This document shows positions 1 to 10,246 of a stretch of DNA of 64,000 bases, one piece after another. The DNA is taken from the NCBI GenBank assembly GCA_963798485.1, contig CAWCTR010000030.1, forward strand, positions 128,001 to 192,000, read 5' to 3'. Source of the DNA: an uncultured delta proteobacterium (GTDB taxonomy: Bacteria; Desulfobacterota; Desulfomonilia; UBA1062). The translations under genes and the position numbers were made by a program. The notes beneath the pieces are model-generated. The model did not search any database. It was not told where the DNA came from and worked only from the letters and a program-made list of their open reading frames with translations. Each line of letters begins with the position of its first letter. Position 1 is the first letter of the stretch.

Positions 1-7
1 AAGGAGA

Positions 8-66
8 TTGTAGGAGCGGCTTTAGCCGCGATTTCCGCACAATCGCGGCTGAAGCCGCTCCTACAA
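8..66. repeat. GTAG-family REP doublet (REPIN-like inverted pair), copy 1
   Basis: TTGTAGGAGCGGCTTTAGCCGCGATT-N7-AATCGCGGCTGAAGCCGCTCCTACAA; related copies at 10188, 19063 and 21996. Confidence 0.85.
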
Positions 67-87
67 ATGGTTTTAATGCAGGGGGTC

Positions 88-756
88 TTACATGATGAAC
101 GCCTGTACTTCCTTGGCAAGCCACCGGGCCCATGCATCAATCCCGGCGCCGGTCTTACCGGAGGTCTCAAGTATGGTAATGCCTGGGTTCAGGGTGCGGA
201 CCCGCTCATAGAGTTTCTTCATGTCGAAGTCGGACAGCCCCAGGTAGTCGACCTTGTTCACCAGCAGGACATCGCAGATGCTGAACATGAGAGGGTACTT
301 GAGCGGCTTGTCGTCACCCTCGGGAACACTCAGGATCATGGCGTTCTTGACGGCCCCGGTGTCGAATTCGGCCGGGCACACCAGGTTGCCCACATTTTCT
401 ATGATAACGAGGTCAAGGCCTGCCAGGTCGAGGGCGTCGAGCCCCTTCATCACCATGCCGGCATCCAGGTGGCAGAATCCGCCAGTCCTGATCTGGACTG
501 CAGGTATGCCGGCACCGGCAACCTTCTCCGCATCCACCATGGAGTCGATGTCCGCCTCCAGCACGCCGATGCGGAATCTATCCTTGAGGTGCTCTATGGT
601 CTTGAGGATCAGGGTCGTTTTACCGGCTCCCGGCGAGCTCATGAGGTTGAGGAGGAATGTCTTGCCACTTTTCAGTTTCTTCCTGAGGTCATCCGCTTCT
701 TTCTTGTTATCCGAGAGGATCTCCTCTTTGATCTCGATCAGCCTGATCTCACTCAT
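88..756 (-). CDS. hypB: Hydrogenase nickel incorporation GTPase HypB
   Basis: P-loop SSPGAGKT, CHLDA, ENVGNLVCPAEFD, PEGDDKPLKYP, NKVD; ATG (754-756) overlaps the hypA stop. Confidence 0.95.
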   Translation of the reverse strand: MSEIRLIEIKEEILSDNKKEADDLRKKLKSGKTFLLNLMSSPGAGKTTLILKTIEHLKDRFRIGVLEADIDSMVDAEKVAGAGIPAVQIRTGGFCHLDAGMVMKGLDALDLAGLDLVIIENVGNLVCPAEFDTGAVKNAMILSVPEGDDKPLKYPLMFSICDVLLVNKVDYLGLSDFDMKKLYERVRTLNPGITILETSGKTGAGIDAWARWLAKEVQAFIM

Positions 757-1106
757 CACTGCGCCTCCATGTCCTTGATATGGTATTCCTTGCCCGACAC
801 CAGTGAAAACTTCTTTTGTCCGCATGCAGGGCAGGTGATGCCGTCGAATTTTGTCTTGTCGATCTCAAAGTGTTTCCCGCACCCTTCGCATGCGAGCACT
901 GCCGGAACCCACTGGATCTTCAGCCTGGCGCCCTCTGCAATCGTGCCTGCGCTCAAGTGGTCAAAGTATTTCTGCATCCATTCCTCTTCCAGGTCGCTCA
1001 ATGTACCTACACAAAGGCCTATGGCATGGACCTTTTGTACGTGGTGCATGGCCGCGTGTTTGAGCACGATTGACAATATGCTCTGCATGACAGGGAGTTC
1101 GTGCAT
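756..1106 (-). CDS. hypA: Hydrogenase maturation nickel metallochaperone HypA
   Basis: N-terminal MHE and two CxxC motifs (CEGC, CPAC); adjacent to hypB. Confidence 0.95.
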   Translation of the reverse strand: MHELPVMQSILSIVLKHAAMHHVQKVHAIGLCVGTLSDLEEEWMQKYFDHLSAGTIAEGARLKIQWVPAVLACEGCGKHFEIDKTKFDGITCPACGQKKFSLVSGKEYHIKDMEAQ

Positions 1107-1124
1107 TGCTTTTCCCCCTTTCTG

Positions 1125-1784
1125 TTACAGTAGGCCCTCATGCTCTTTGTGGAAGCGCGCGAAGAAAATTTCCATGAAGTCATGGCGTTCCCGGGCCATG
1201 CGCGAGCCTTCGGCTGTGAGCATCCTGTCCTTGATCTTGCTCAGCTTTACCTGGTATTCCCGGTAGCCTGTGTCGTCCCTGCTGTAGGGTTTGGTATGCT
1301 CGGGGTCGGCGTCAGGGTTGTGCAGCAGGGCACCCACCTCTCCGGCAAACAGGTATGCCCGCGCAATGCCCACCGCCCCGATGGCATCCAACTTGTCCGC
1401 ATCGAAGAGGACCTTGGCCTCGATGGTCCGGGGCACATGAGAGTTGCGGTACCGGTGAGTAAGGATGCAGTGGAGGATGTTCTCTTTCTTTTCATCAGGG
1501 ATGAGATAGTTATCCAAGAGCTCTTTGGCCATCTCGGCGCCCTTCTCGGCATGGCAGATCCCCCCTTTTGATCTATCCTGAAAGGTCCTGCCGATATCGT
1601 GAAGGTATGCGGATATGGTGAGGATATCGAGGTCCGCCCCCTCAATGGCCCCGATGTGCATGCAGAGTTTATACACCCTGAGGGTATGCTCCCAGTCATG
1701 ACTGTACTTTGCGTTTTCAAAATGATCCCGGGCATAGCCGCAAAGGGCATCGATGATGTCGTTCATAGACAGGGCTGATACCAT
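1125..1784 (-). CDS. HD-domain phosphohydrolase (YedJ-like); start uncertain (1766-1790)
   Basis: HDWEH..LHDIG..HAEKGA..DADKLDAIGAVGIAR motifs. Confidence 0.85.
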   Translation of the reverse strand: MVSALSMNDIIDALCGYARDHFENAKYSHDWEHTLRVYKLCMHIGAIEGADLDILTISAYLHDIGRTFQDRSKGGICHAEKGAEMAKELLDNYLIPDEKKENILHCILTHRYRNSHVPRTIEAKVLFDADKLDAIGAVGIARAYLFAGEVGALLHNPDADPEHTKPYSRDDTGYREYQVKLSKIKDRMLTAEGSRMARERHDFMEIFFARFHKEHEGLL

Positions 1785-1912
1785 ATGCATTTCCGATTGT
1801 GACAAGGGAATCCGGGCCATGCAGACGGGGAGCTTTTGCCTTGACAGCCAAAGAGGCATATATTAGCGATAAGCACTAATTATCTTGAGGGGTGCGTAAG
1901 AAAGGAGAAGGT

Positions 1913-3112
1913 ATGAGCGAGAATGATGAAAAGAGATTCGGAATGGCATCCCGGGCTATCCATGCAGGTGAACCCCGTGACAAATACGCCGATTCCCTTA
2001 CCACACCCATATTCCAGACCTCTACATTCACTTTCAAAAACAGCAAGGACATCAGGGAATATACCAAGGAAAAGAAAGAACGGTTCGAGTACGGCAGATA
2101 CGGCAATCCTACCGAGGTCATTGCACAACGGCGCATTGCAGACCTTGAAGGTGCCGAGGATTGCCTGGTCTTCTCCTCGGGCATGATGGCCATTACCACC
2201 ACCATACTTTCCCTGGTCCGTACGGGAGACCATATCGTCATCACTGATGACAGCTACAAAAAAACACTGGAGTTCTGCAAGATCTATCTGCAGAGGTTCG
2301 GTGTGGATTGCACTATCGTACCCTTCGGTGACTATGATGCCCTTGACCGAGCCATCAAGGAGAACACGAGGTTCATCTTCTCCGAGTCACCCACGAACCC
2401 CTACCTGAACGTCTTCGACCTCGTGTTGTTGAAGAAGATTGCGGACAAGCACCACGTGCTCACCCTCATCGACAGCACCATCGCGACCTCCATCAACCAG
2501 CGGCCCCTGGAATACGGTATCGACCTGGTCACCCATAGCGGCACCAAGTATCTCTCAGGCCACAACGACATCCTGGCCGGTGTGGTGCTGGGCAGCACCG
2601 AGCTCATCACCCCCATCAGGAGCCTGCACAAATCCATGGGCGGCCTCATCGACGCGCACTGCTGCTATCTGCTGCTCAGGGGCATCAAGACCTTCCCCAT
2701 GCGTGTGGAGCGGCAGAACGCAACAGCCCTGGAAGTGGCGGAATTCCTTGAAGGCCACCCGGCTGTGGAGCGGGTATACTACCCGTTCCTCGAAAGCCAC
2801 CAGCACTACTCAATAGCCAAGGAACAGATGACAGGCGGAGGGTGCGTGGTAACCTTTACCATGAAGGGCGGCCTTGAAGAGGCCAACCGTTTTATGGATT
2901 CACTGGAGATGATCTACATCGGCCCGAGCTTCGGCGGCGCAGAGACACTCATCACACACCCGGCCACGGTGACCTATTACGACTATACCCGTGAGAAGCG
3001 CTATGAATTGGGCATCACCGACACCCTGTTCCGGCTCGCCGTAGGCCTGGAAGATGTGAAAGATATTATCGAGGACCTTCAAAGGGCGTTTACAAAGGCG
3101 AAGAAGATGTAG
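1913..3112 (+). CDS. PLP-dependent Cys/Met metabolism enzyme (cystathionine gamma-synthase/lyase family)
   Basis: YGRYGNPT, FSSGM, ESPTNP, HSGTKYLSGHND (PLP lysine), SFGG, RLAVGLED; AAGGAG RBS. Confidence 0.9.
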   Translation: MSENDEKRFGMASRAIHAGEPRDKYADSLTTPIFQTSTFTFKNSKDIREYTKEKKERFEYGRYGNPTEVIAQRRIADLEGAEDCLVFSSGMMAITTTILSLVRTGDHIVITDDSYKKTLEFCKIYLQRFGVDCTIVPFGDYDALDRAIKENTRFIFSESPTNPYLNVFDLVLLKKIADKHHVLTLIDSTIATSINQRPLEYGIDLVTHSGTKYLSGHNDILAGVVLGSTELITPIRSLHKSMGGLIDAHCCYLLLRGIKTFPMRVERQNATALEVAEFLEGHPAVERVYYPFLESHQHYSIAKEQMTGGGCVVTFTMKGGLEEANRFMDSLEMIYIGPSFGGAETLITHPATVTYYDYTREKRYELGITDTLFRLAVGLEDVKDIIEDLQRAFTKAKKM

Positions 3113-3135
3113 GCTCGGCAATCAGGAAGGATGCT

Positions 3136-3939
3136 TCACAGGGAGGCAAGCACGCCCTTGAAGATATCCGCGATTTTCGGCCCGGCCTTTTCCGCCATGG
3201 CAATGACCGTCTCGATGGGAACGCTCAGATAGCTATCCGGGTCGTTGTTGTTGGTAATGGCCGATATGGCAAGCACCTCCATGCCGCAGTGCACTGCCTG
3301 GATCACCTCCATGACCGTGGACATACCTACAGCGTCGGCGCCGATCCGCTGAAGCATCCAGGTCTCGGCGGCGGTTTCCATGGATGGGCCCATGACCTGC
3401 ACGTACACGCCTTCGTGTAATCTGATGGAGTTCTCCTTGGCATACTTTCTCGCCAAGTTATTCAGCCGCCTCGAGTAGGGCTGTGTCATATCGGGGAAGC
3501 GGGGGCCGAACCGGTCTTTGTTGGGGCCCACCAGGGGATTGCTGCCGGTGAGGTTCATGTGATCCGTGATGAGCATGGCGCTGCCGGGCAACAGGGCCTT
3601 CCTGAGCCCGCCTGCAGCGTTTGAGATGAACAGGGTCTTAATGCCCAAGAGCTTGAAGACCCGGATAGGTAGTGTAATCTCTTGGGCTGAATATCCTTCG
3701 TAGAGGTGAAACCGGCCGCTCATGACCACGACATCCTTGCCGCCCAGGGCGCCCTTCAGCAGCCTGCCTGCATGACTGGTGACCGTGGATTGAGGAAAAC
3801 CCGGGATCTCGGAGTAGGGGATGGAGGTGCTGATGGAGATATCCCGTTCCATGACGCCGAGCCCTGTACCGAGGATGACGGCTGCCTGGGCGCCTTGAAG
3901 CGCGTGAAGTGCCGCAGCCGCATTGGTCTCTTTGTCCAT
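3136..3939 (-). CDS. Purine nucleoside phosphorylase (trimeric, inosine/guanosine type)
   Basis: GRFHLYEGY, NAAGG, DHMN, GPRFPDM, GPSMET.AE, GADAVGMSTVME. Confidence 0.92.
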   Translation of the reverse strand: MDKETNAAAALHALQGAQAAVILGTGLGVMERDISISTSIPYSEIPGFPQSTVTSHAGRLLKGALGGKDVVVMSGRFHLYEGYSAQEITLPIRVFKLLGIKTLFISNAAGGLRKALLPGSAMLITDHMNLTGSNPLVGPNKDRFGPRFPDMTQPYSRRLNNLARKYAKENSIRLHEGVYVQVMGPSMETAAETWMLQRIGADAVGMSTVMEVIQAVHCGMEVLAISAITNNNDPDSYLSVPIETVIAMAEKAGPKIADIFKGVLASL

Positions 3940-3941
3940 GC

Positions 3942-4115
3942 TTACTTGTCCAGGGCTATAGCCTCATCAATGAGCATGATCGGGATCTCGTCCTCGATGC
4001 GGTATTTCAGCTTGCAGGCATTGCAGATGAGCCCGCTTTTGTCTTTTTCAAGGACCAGCCCGCCTTTGCACTTGGGGCAGACCAGGATGTCCAGCAGTTC
4101 TTTATCAATCGGCAT
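3942..4115 (-). CDS. Trm112/YcaR family protein (57 aa, absent from ORF track)
   Basis: Manual translation MPIDKELLDILVCPKCKGGLVLEKDKSGLICNACKLKYRIEDEIPIMLIDEAIALDK; GGAGG RBS upstream. Confidence 0.9.
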   Translation of the reverse strand: MPIDKELLDILVCPKCKGGLVLEKDKSGLICNACKLKYRIEDEIPIMLIDEAIALDK

Positions 4116-4717
4116 GATAACCTCCTAGAAAATCTATGGCATTGTGGGAACATGATTGTCAAGGACGTGTGGTGGAAATTCACAATAGATAATTATCAGA
4201 GATCAACGAATGGTCTGGTTTTGGGGAAATCGTATAGTTATTGAAGAGATCTTCAATATGTGCAATGCTTTGATTTTGGCACGAAAGCTATGGTCTTAAG
4301 TAATTTAACAGCATATTGCCTTGCGTTTAATATAAGCATATACTTCAATTATTCCTCTGATGATTATATAAGGTATACCCATCGAGGGACTTACATACTT
4401 TCGCATCACAAGGGGAGCAATGGAACAGAAACCTGGGTTAATCTCGGTCTCTTCCTTTCAATCCTTTTACCCTGTCATGGCGGATTCTCCCGTAAGGGCT
4501 TACACCCCCGGGATGAAGAAGAGAATAAGATTGACGATTTTCAGAAAATAGAGTGAAAGTATCGCTCTGTCGTTAGGAGATTTTGACCCGGCCACAGAGA
4601 GGGGATCTTTAAGTGGTAACCCGGGATCTTTTAAAAAAGAAGAACATTATTACCATCTGGTTAAGTCATTGAATCAAGGAGAATAAATAAAAATATCTCA
4701 TAATGTATGGAGGAGAG

Positions 4718-5410
4718 ATGAAAAAGAAAGGTTTATTTCTATTGATGCTAGCAATGGTTCTAAATGTTGGTTGCGCTAACCAAAAAACATGGACGTACAG
4801 GGCGGAACCACATACAATGGGTGTTACTCCTTTAATTAATAAAAAGTTGGCCGTGCTACCTTTGTTGGACAGTAGGGAAAACTCAAATGAAAACATGTGG
4901 GCTATGTATTTGATCCCGCTGGTGCCTTATGGATGGCAGGATTATAACACCCCAGAAGGCGCCCAAATGCATATTACGAGTGGTTTGTGGCTTTTCAGGC
5001 CAGCCGAAGACTTCTCCAAGGCCATTGCGGAAGAGTTAAATAATTCCGGAATATTCCAGGAAGCCTTTTTTTCCTATAAGGCCAGTGAAGGTGACTTGGT
5101 GTTGAGAGGGGAGTTGAAATCAACACATTATACCGGTAAATTGATAACATACGGCCTCTCGATATATGGGCCCTTGTTATGGCTTTTGCCTGTGCCGAGT
5201 ACATATACAACAAATGAAGTCGAGCTGGTGGTGAGGATTGAAGATACTGCGCACAACAAAGTAGTTTGGGAAAATACTTACAAGAAAGATGAAAATGGGA
5301 CAGGAATAGGTATGTATTACCATCCATCGGATTTTAACTATGACAAGCTCTTAAAAGAGATCATGAAGGATGCTCTTGATGCTCTGAAGAAGACTCCACC
5401 TCAAACGTAA
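4718..5410 (+). CDS. Putative lipoprotein, unknown function
   Basis: MKKKGLFLLMLAMVLNVGC lipobox-type signal; GGAGGAG RBS. Confidence 0.75.
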   Translation: MKKKGLFLLMLAMVLNVGCANQKTWTYRAEPHTMGVTPLINKKLAVLPLLDSRENSNENMWAMYLIPLVPYGWQDYNTPEGAQMHITSGLWLFRPAEDFSKAIAEELNNSGIFQEAFFSYKASEGDLVLRGELKSTHYTGKLITYGLSIYGPLLWLLPVPSTYTTNEVELVVRIEDTAHNKVVWENTYKKDENGTGIGMYYHPSDFNYDKLLKEIMKDALDALKKTPPQT

Positions 5411-5680
5411 TGTAATGCGAGGGGTTTGTCATTTATTTTACTGAACCCTTCTTGAATCTTTCTTTATATAAGTCAAAGCTGAGATTTCTGCGATAAAGTG
5501 GCGCTTTCATAAGATCTGAGAAACAGTTGATCTTATGCCACCCCACACGTTCTGATACAGAGTATCATGCACCATATATTCCAGACTTAAATCATCGGTC
5601 TATCGTCTTATCTAAACCATGGCGATCTCGAAGAGATCTATGCCTTTGTCACACTGAAATGTACCTATAGACCTTTACCC

Positions 5681-7600
5681 CTATTGTTCAAAGTAGGGAT
5701 AGCCCCTTAAGCCTTCTTCATACATGTTCATTATCTCCCGGCGTTCCTGGGGTGTGATGAGGTTTTCCCGGATAGCCTGTTCCGCCGTGGCCCTGAACTG
5801 TTTGGTCATGTTTTTCGGTTCGTATTCCACGTAGGATAGTACATCGGCCACCGAATCTCCTTCGAGTTCTCTGACAAAGCTGTAGCTCCCGTCTTCATGC
5901 ACACGGATGCTCACCACATTGGTGTCGCCCATAAGATTGTGGAGGTCTCCCAGGGTTTCCTGATAAGCCCCCACCAGAAAGACGCCCAGGTAATAGTCCT
6001 CATTTTCCTTTACCGTATGCAGCGACAAGGCGCGCCGTACTCCCTGTTTGTCGATGAAATGATCGATTTTCCCGTCGGAGTCGCAGGTGATGTCCGCAAG
6101 GATGGCGTTTCTCGAAGGCATTTCAGCCAGCCGGTGCACCGGCATCACCGGAAAAAGATAACCGATGGCCCAGGAATCGGGCAGGGACTGGAATACACTG
6201 AAATTGGCGTAATAGGTATCGCACAGGGCGGTATCGATATCTATCAGATCCTTGGGAACGACTTTCAGGTTTTTGACATTCTCACTCAGGGCCTCGATGA
6301 TGTTCCAGAATATCTTGTCGCCCAGTGCCCGCTGCCTCAGGGTCAGGTCTCCGATTTTGAACATCTGGCGGATCTCATCACGGTAATACAGCGCGTCATT
6401 GTAACATTCCTGGAGATTCCGCACACTGAGCGATTTGAGAACCTCAAGCATGTTCAGGATGATTTCCGGGGTGTCTTCAGGCAATTCCTTGGACACGGAA
6501 TCCGTATCGATGGAACTGGTGTCGAAAATATTGAACAATAGAACCGAGTAATAAGCCACGGTGGCCCGGCCGGACTCGGTGATGATGGTGGGATGGGCAA
6601 TGTCGTGTTCATTCAGGATTTCCATGATGGCTTCGATCACGTCGGCGCAGTACTCATCCAGGGTATAGTTACGCGAGTTCAGGTAATTGGTGTGGGAACC
6701 GTCATAATCAACAGCCAAGCCGCCGCCCAGATCGAAATAACCCATGGCTGCTCCTTCGTGCACAAGACCGGCATAAACCCGGCAGGCTTCCTGGATGGAG
6801 GCCCTTATATCCCGGATATTGGGAATCTGTGAACCCAGGTGATAATGGAGAAGCTGGAGGCAGTCCAGCATGCCCGCCCTTTCGAGTTTTTCGATTGCTT
6901 CAATGATCTGGGAGATGGTCAGGCCGAAAATACTCCGGTCTCCGCCGGATTCGGTCCAGTGCCCGCCTGCCTGGGTGGAAAGCTTTAAACGGACACCCAG
7001 AAGGGGCTTGATTCCCAGTACCTTTGACCGTTCGAGGATCAGGTCCAGCTCTCCTGGCATTTCCAATACGAAGAAACACTTGAATCCCATCTTGCAGGCA
7101 TACAGCCCGAGATCGATGAATTCCCGGTCCTTGTAGCCATTGCATACCAGGCAGGCTTCCTTGTCATCCAGAAAGGACAGGGCCGCAATCAGTTCGGCCT
7201 TGCTGCCGGCTTCGAGCCCGTGGTGATAGATTTTGCCGATGCGGGTGATGGTTTCGATCACCTGTTTCTGCTGGTTCACCTTGATAGGGTAGACCCCTTT
7301 GAATTCCCCTTTGTAATCGAACTTGGCAATGGCGGAGCGGAAACTCTCGTGTATCTGGATGATCTGGGAGTCGAGGATGTCTTCGAAACGAAGGAGCATA
7401 GGCATGTCATACCCACGTGCTCTGATCCCGGATATGATTTCGGGAAGATTGACGGATACATCTTTTTTGTCTCGGAGAGGTGTGACCACTACATCCCCTT
7501 TATCGGAAATACTGAAGTATCCGGATCCCCATTCCCGTATCTGGTACAGCTCAGTGGAATCATTCACCGTCCATCGTTCCATGGTATGTTTCTGTTTCAT
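5681..7600 (-). CDS. speA: Biosynthetic arginine decarboxylase
   Basis: YPIKVNQQ (PLP lysine), GLEAGSKAE, HLGSQI, DLGGGLAVDYDG, ESGRA, DITCDSDG, GAYQETLGDLHNL; ATG at 7600 directly follows the nspC stop. Confidence 0.95.
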   Translation of the reverse strand: MKQKHTMERWTVNDSTELYQIREWGSGYFSISDKGDVVVTPLRDKKDVSVNLPEIISGIRARGYDMPMLLRFEDILDSQIIQIHESFRSAIAKFDYKGEFKGVYPIKVNQQKQVIETITRIGKIYHHGLEAGSKAELIAALSFLDDKEACLVCNGYKDREFIDLGLYACKMGFKCFFVLEMPGELDLILERSKVLGIKPLLGVRLKLSTQAGGHWTESGGDRSIFGLTISQIIEAIEKLERAGMLDCLQLLHYHLGSQIPNIRDIRASIQEACRVYAGLVHEGAAMGYFDLGGGLAVDYDGSHTNYLNSRNYTLDEYCADVIEAIMEILNEHDIAHPTIITESGRATVAYYSVLLFNIFDTSSIDTDSVSKELPEDTPEIILNMLEVLKSLSVRNLQECYNDALYYRDEIRQMFKIGDLTLRQRALGDKIFWNIIEALSENVKNLKVVPKDLIDIDTALCDTYYANFSVFQSLPDSWAIGYLFPVMPVHRLAEMPSRNAILADITCDSDGKIDHFIDKQGVRRALSLHTVKENEDYYLGVFLVGAYQETLGDLHNLMGDTNVVSIRVHEDGSYSFVRELEGDSVADVLSYVEYEPKNMTKQFRATAEQAIRENLITPQERREIMNMYEEGLRGYPYFEQ

Positions 7601-7601
7601 A

Positions 7602-8760
7602 TTATTCGAGTCTCCCTTTGAAATCATCATACCCGAACCGGCGCACGATCTCGTAGCTGCCGTCTTCGTGCAGCAGGGCGAGATCGGGTAGGGGCGTGCC
7701 GTTGAAGGTATTGTTCTTCACGAAGCTGTACTGGAGCATATCGCCGAAGACGAGCTTGTCACCGGTCTTTCAGGGGCTCTTCAAAAGAATATTCGCCGAT
7801 AACATCGCCCGCCATGCAGGTGTTGCCGCCAAGGATGCAGGTATAGGGATGCACCCCGGAGAGGCTGCGCCGAAGAGGGGCGGCGTGTACGGCACTTCCA
7901 GGACATCGGGCATGTGGCAGGAGGCCGAGGCATCCAGGATGGCGATTGCTTTTTCGTTGTGAACGATATCCAGCACTGTTGCCACCAGATAGCCGGCATC
8001 GACCACCAGGCCGCTCCCCGGTTCCAGAATCACCTCAACCGCAAAAGCAGTGCGGAAATCCCTTATAGCGTTGATAAGGGTCTCGATGTCATATCCTTGT
8101 TTATTGATGAAATGCCCGCCGCCAAAATTTACTGCCTCGACACGCTTGATGTATGTGGCGAATTCTCCGGCAATATGGTTGATGAGACCAGCGGATCCAT
8201 CATGAAGGGACTCGCACAAGGCATGGACGTGAAGGATGTCGATCTCGTCCCAATCAAGCTTGTCAAGCTCGGCACGGACCACGCCGAAGCGGCAGCCCGG
8301 TGAACAGGGGTCATAGAGATGGCCGCCTAGCGTTGCCTTTGAATAACCCGGGTTGATGCGGATGCCGACCTTTTTATCTATCCCTGCGGCCCTCACGGCA
8401 GGGCAGAAAGCGCCGGATCTGTGTAACGGAATTGAAATAGATATGATCGGCTGATATGTAACAGTTCTTTGAAGGGTGTTTTCCGTATAGGCAGGCGCAT
8501 AGACATGTACTTCCTTGCCGAATTCTTCTTTGCCGAGACGCGCTTCGTAGAGACCGCTGGCAGTTGTGCCGTCGAGGGACTGGCGCATCAGGGGGAATAC
8601 GGCAGGCATTGCAAACGACTTCATTGCCAGAAGAATACGGCATCCGGTCCTGCAGTGCGGATATGGGCCGCCGTTGCCATGTTCTTTTTAGAGGCCATGT
8701 CAACCACGTAGGCAGGTGTTTGTATTTTAGAGAGGGCTGCATCGAGGAGAGGGGGCAAGA
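7602..8760 (-). pseudogene. nspC: Carboxy(nor)spermidine decarboxylase, interrupted by about 4 frameshifts (pseudogene or assembly indels)
   Basis: Motifs spread over three frames: TPAYVVD / CRILLAMKSF..EARLG / DHIYFNS / GIRINP..HVHALCE..NFGGGH..EPG / GGNTCMAGDVIG..DMLQYSFVKNNTFNG..YDDFKGRLE*. Confidence 0.85.
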
Positions 8761-8795
8761 ACCGTTCAATTCCATTCTCCCGCGGTTACAGTGCC

Positions 8796-8890
8796 AAGTC
8801 TCTCCCTTTTATAAAGGGAGGACAGGAGGGATTTTCTTCTAGAGATCAAAGAAATCTCCCCTGTCCCCTCCTTAGAAAGGAGGGGGACTT
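8796..8890. repeat. REP-like inverted doublet of a second family (C-rich hairpin arms)
   Basis: AAGTCTCTCCCTTTTATAAAGGGAGGACAGGAGGGATTT ... AAATCTCCCCTGTCCCCTCCTTAGAAAGGAGGGGGACTT; imperfectly inverted arms, each with an internal hairpin. Confidence 0.65.
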
Positions 8891-8935
8891 ATTGCGGATT
8901 CACAGATAAAAATTTTATATACAGCCATAAAATCG

Positions 8936-10165
8936 TTACAGTCCATAACAGGAATCATTCGAAGGCGTCGAGATTTTTGTAGCCTGTGCGTCAAGCTTCT
9001 CCGCATGCCAGGGCAGACCCTGGCGTGCAACCTCTTCAAGGAAGGGCTCCGGTGGAAGCTGTTCGACGTTGTATACGCCCTTACCGCTCCAGATGCCCTT
9101 CATCATCATAATGGCGCCGGTCAAGGCAGGGACACCGGTCGTATACGATACGGCCTGGGCTTTCAGTTCGCGGTTGCACGCGGCATGGTCGCATACATTG
9201 TAAAGGATGTACTCTGCCGGCTTGGCCCCTTTCACACCCCGCATGATGCAGCCGATGGACGTCTTTCCGGTGTAGTTCTCGGCCAGCGAGGATGGTTCAG
9301 GAAGAAGCTGCTTGAGGAACTGCAGAGGGATAATTTCAACGCCGTTGTATTTGACCGGATCGATTCTCGTCATGCCGACGTTCTGCAGGACTTCCAGGTG
9401 CTTGATGTAGTTGTCCGAAAAGGTCATCCAGAAACGGATCTGTTTGAGGCCGTGGATATTCTTAACCAGCGATTCCTCTTCTTCATGATAAATCAGATAG
9501 GATTTGCGCGGGCCCACCTGCGGGTAATCGATCATGCAGGAAATGCTCAAGGGGTCGATCTCGATCCACTCCCCTTCTTTCCAATACCTGCCGCGCTGAG
9601 TGACTTCGCGGATATTGATCTCCGGATTGAAATTGGTGGCAAAGGCCTTGCCGTGGCTGCCGTCGTTGCAGTCAATGATGTCTATGGTGCTGATCTCATC
9701 GAACAGGTTTTTCTGGGCATAGGCGCAGAATATGCTGATCACGCCGGGATCAAAGCCGCAGCCGAGCACCGCCATGATGCCTTTGTCGCGGAAGCGGTCC
9801 TGATAGGCCCATTGCCACGTATAGCTGAACTTGGCCTCGTCCTTGGGTTCATAATTAGCCGTGTCCAGGTAGTGAACACCGGTGGCGAGGCAGGCATCCA
9901 TGATAGGCAGGTCCTGATAAGGCAGCGCCATGTTGACCACGAGATCCGGCTTGAGCTCTTCAATCAGACGAATAACCTGCGCCGCGTCATCCGCATCAAC
10001 CTGCGATATGGTGATATCGGAATTGCATTCCTTCTGGACCTTGCGACATTTTTCCAGCGTCCTAGACGCCAGGTGGATCTTCTTGAAGACATTGCGATTC
10101 AGGGCGCATTTCTTGGCCACCACGGATCCCGCCGACCCGGCACCGATGATGAGGATGCTGTTCAT
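8936..10165 (-). CDS. Carboxy(nor)spermidine dehydrogenase (saccharopine dehydrogenase family)
   Basis: IIGAGSAG, NMALPYQD, YLDTANYE, GCGFDPG, FATNFNPEINIRE, QAVSYTTGVP; context between speB and nspC. Confidence 0.92.
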   Translation of the reverse strand: MNSILIIGAGSAGSVVAKKCALNRNVFKKIHLASRTLEKCRKVQKECNSDITISQVDADDAAQVIRLIEELKPDLVVNMALPYQDLPIMDACLATGVHYLDTANYEPKDEAKFSYTWQWAYQDRFRDKGIMAVLGCGFDPGVISIFCAYAQKNLFDEISTIDIIDCNDGSHGKAFATNFNPEINIREVTQRGRYWKEGEWIEIDPLSISCMIDYPQVGPRKSYLIYHEEEESLVKNIHGLKQIRFWMTFSDNYIKHLEVLQNVGMTRIDPVKYNGVEIIPLQFLKQLLPEPSSLAENYTGKTSIGCIMRGVKGAKPAEYILYNVCDHAACNRELKAQAVSYTTGVPALTGAIMMMKGIWSGKGVYNVEQLPPEPFLEEVARQGLPWHAEKLDAQATKISTPSNDSCYGL

Positions 10166-10187
10166 GGTTCTACTCCTATTGTTTTTA

Positions 10188-10246
10188 TTGCAGGAGCGCC
10201 TTCAGGCGCGATCATGCGTCCATCGCGGCTTAAGCCGCTCCTACAA
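10188..10246. repeat. GTAG-family REP doublet, copy 2
   Basis: TTGCAGGAGCGCCTTCAGGCGCGAT..ATCGCGGCTTAAGCCGCTCCTACAA; overlaps the speB stop codon. Confidence 0.85.

Noticed and set aside
67-1266. 399-aa + strand ORF
   Set aside because: Antisense shadow of hypB, hypA and the HD gene; no recognisable motifs
1790-1912. SAM riboswitch or T-box upstream of the Cys/Met enzyme
   Set aside because: Short divergent intergenic region with no recognisable aptamer motifs
4277-4292. TGGCACG sigma54-like -24 box
   Set aside because: No GC at the -12 position
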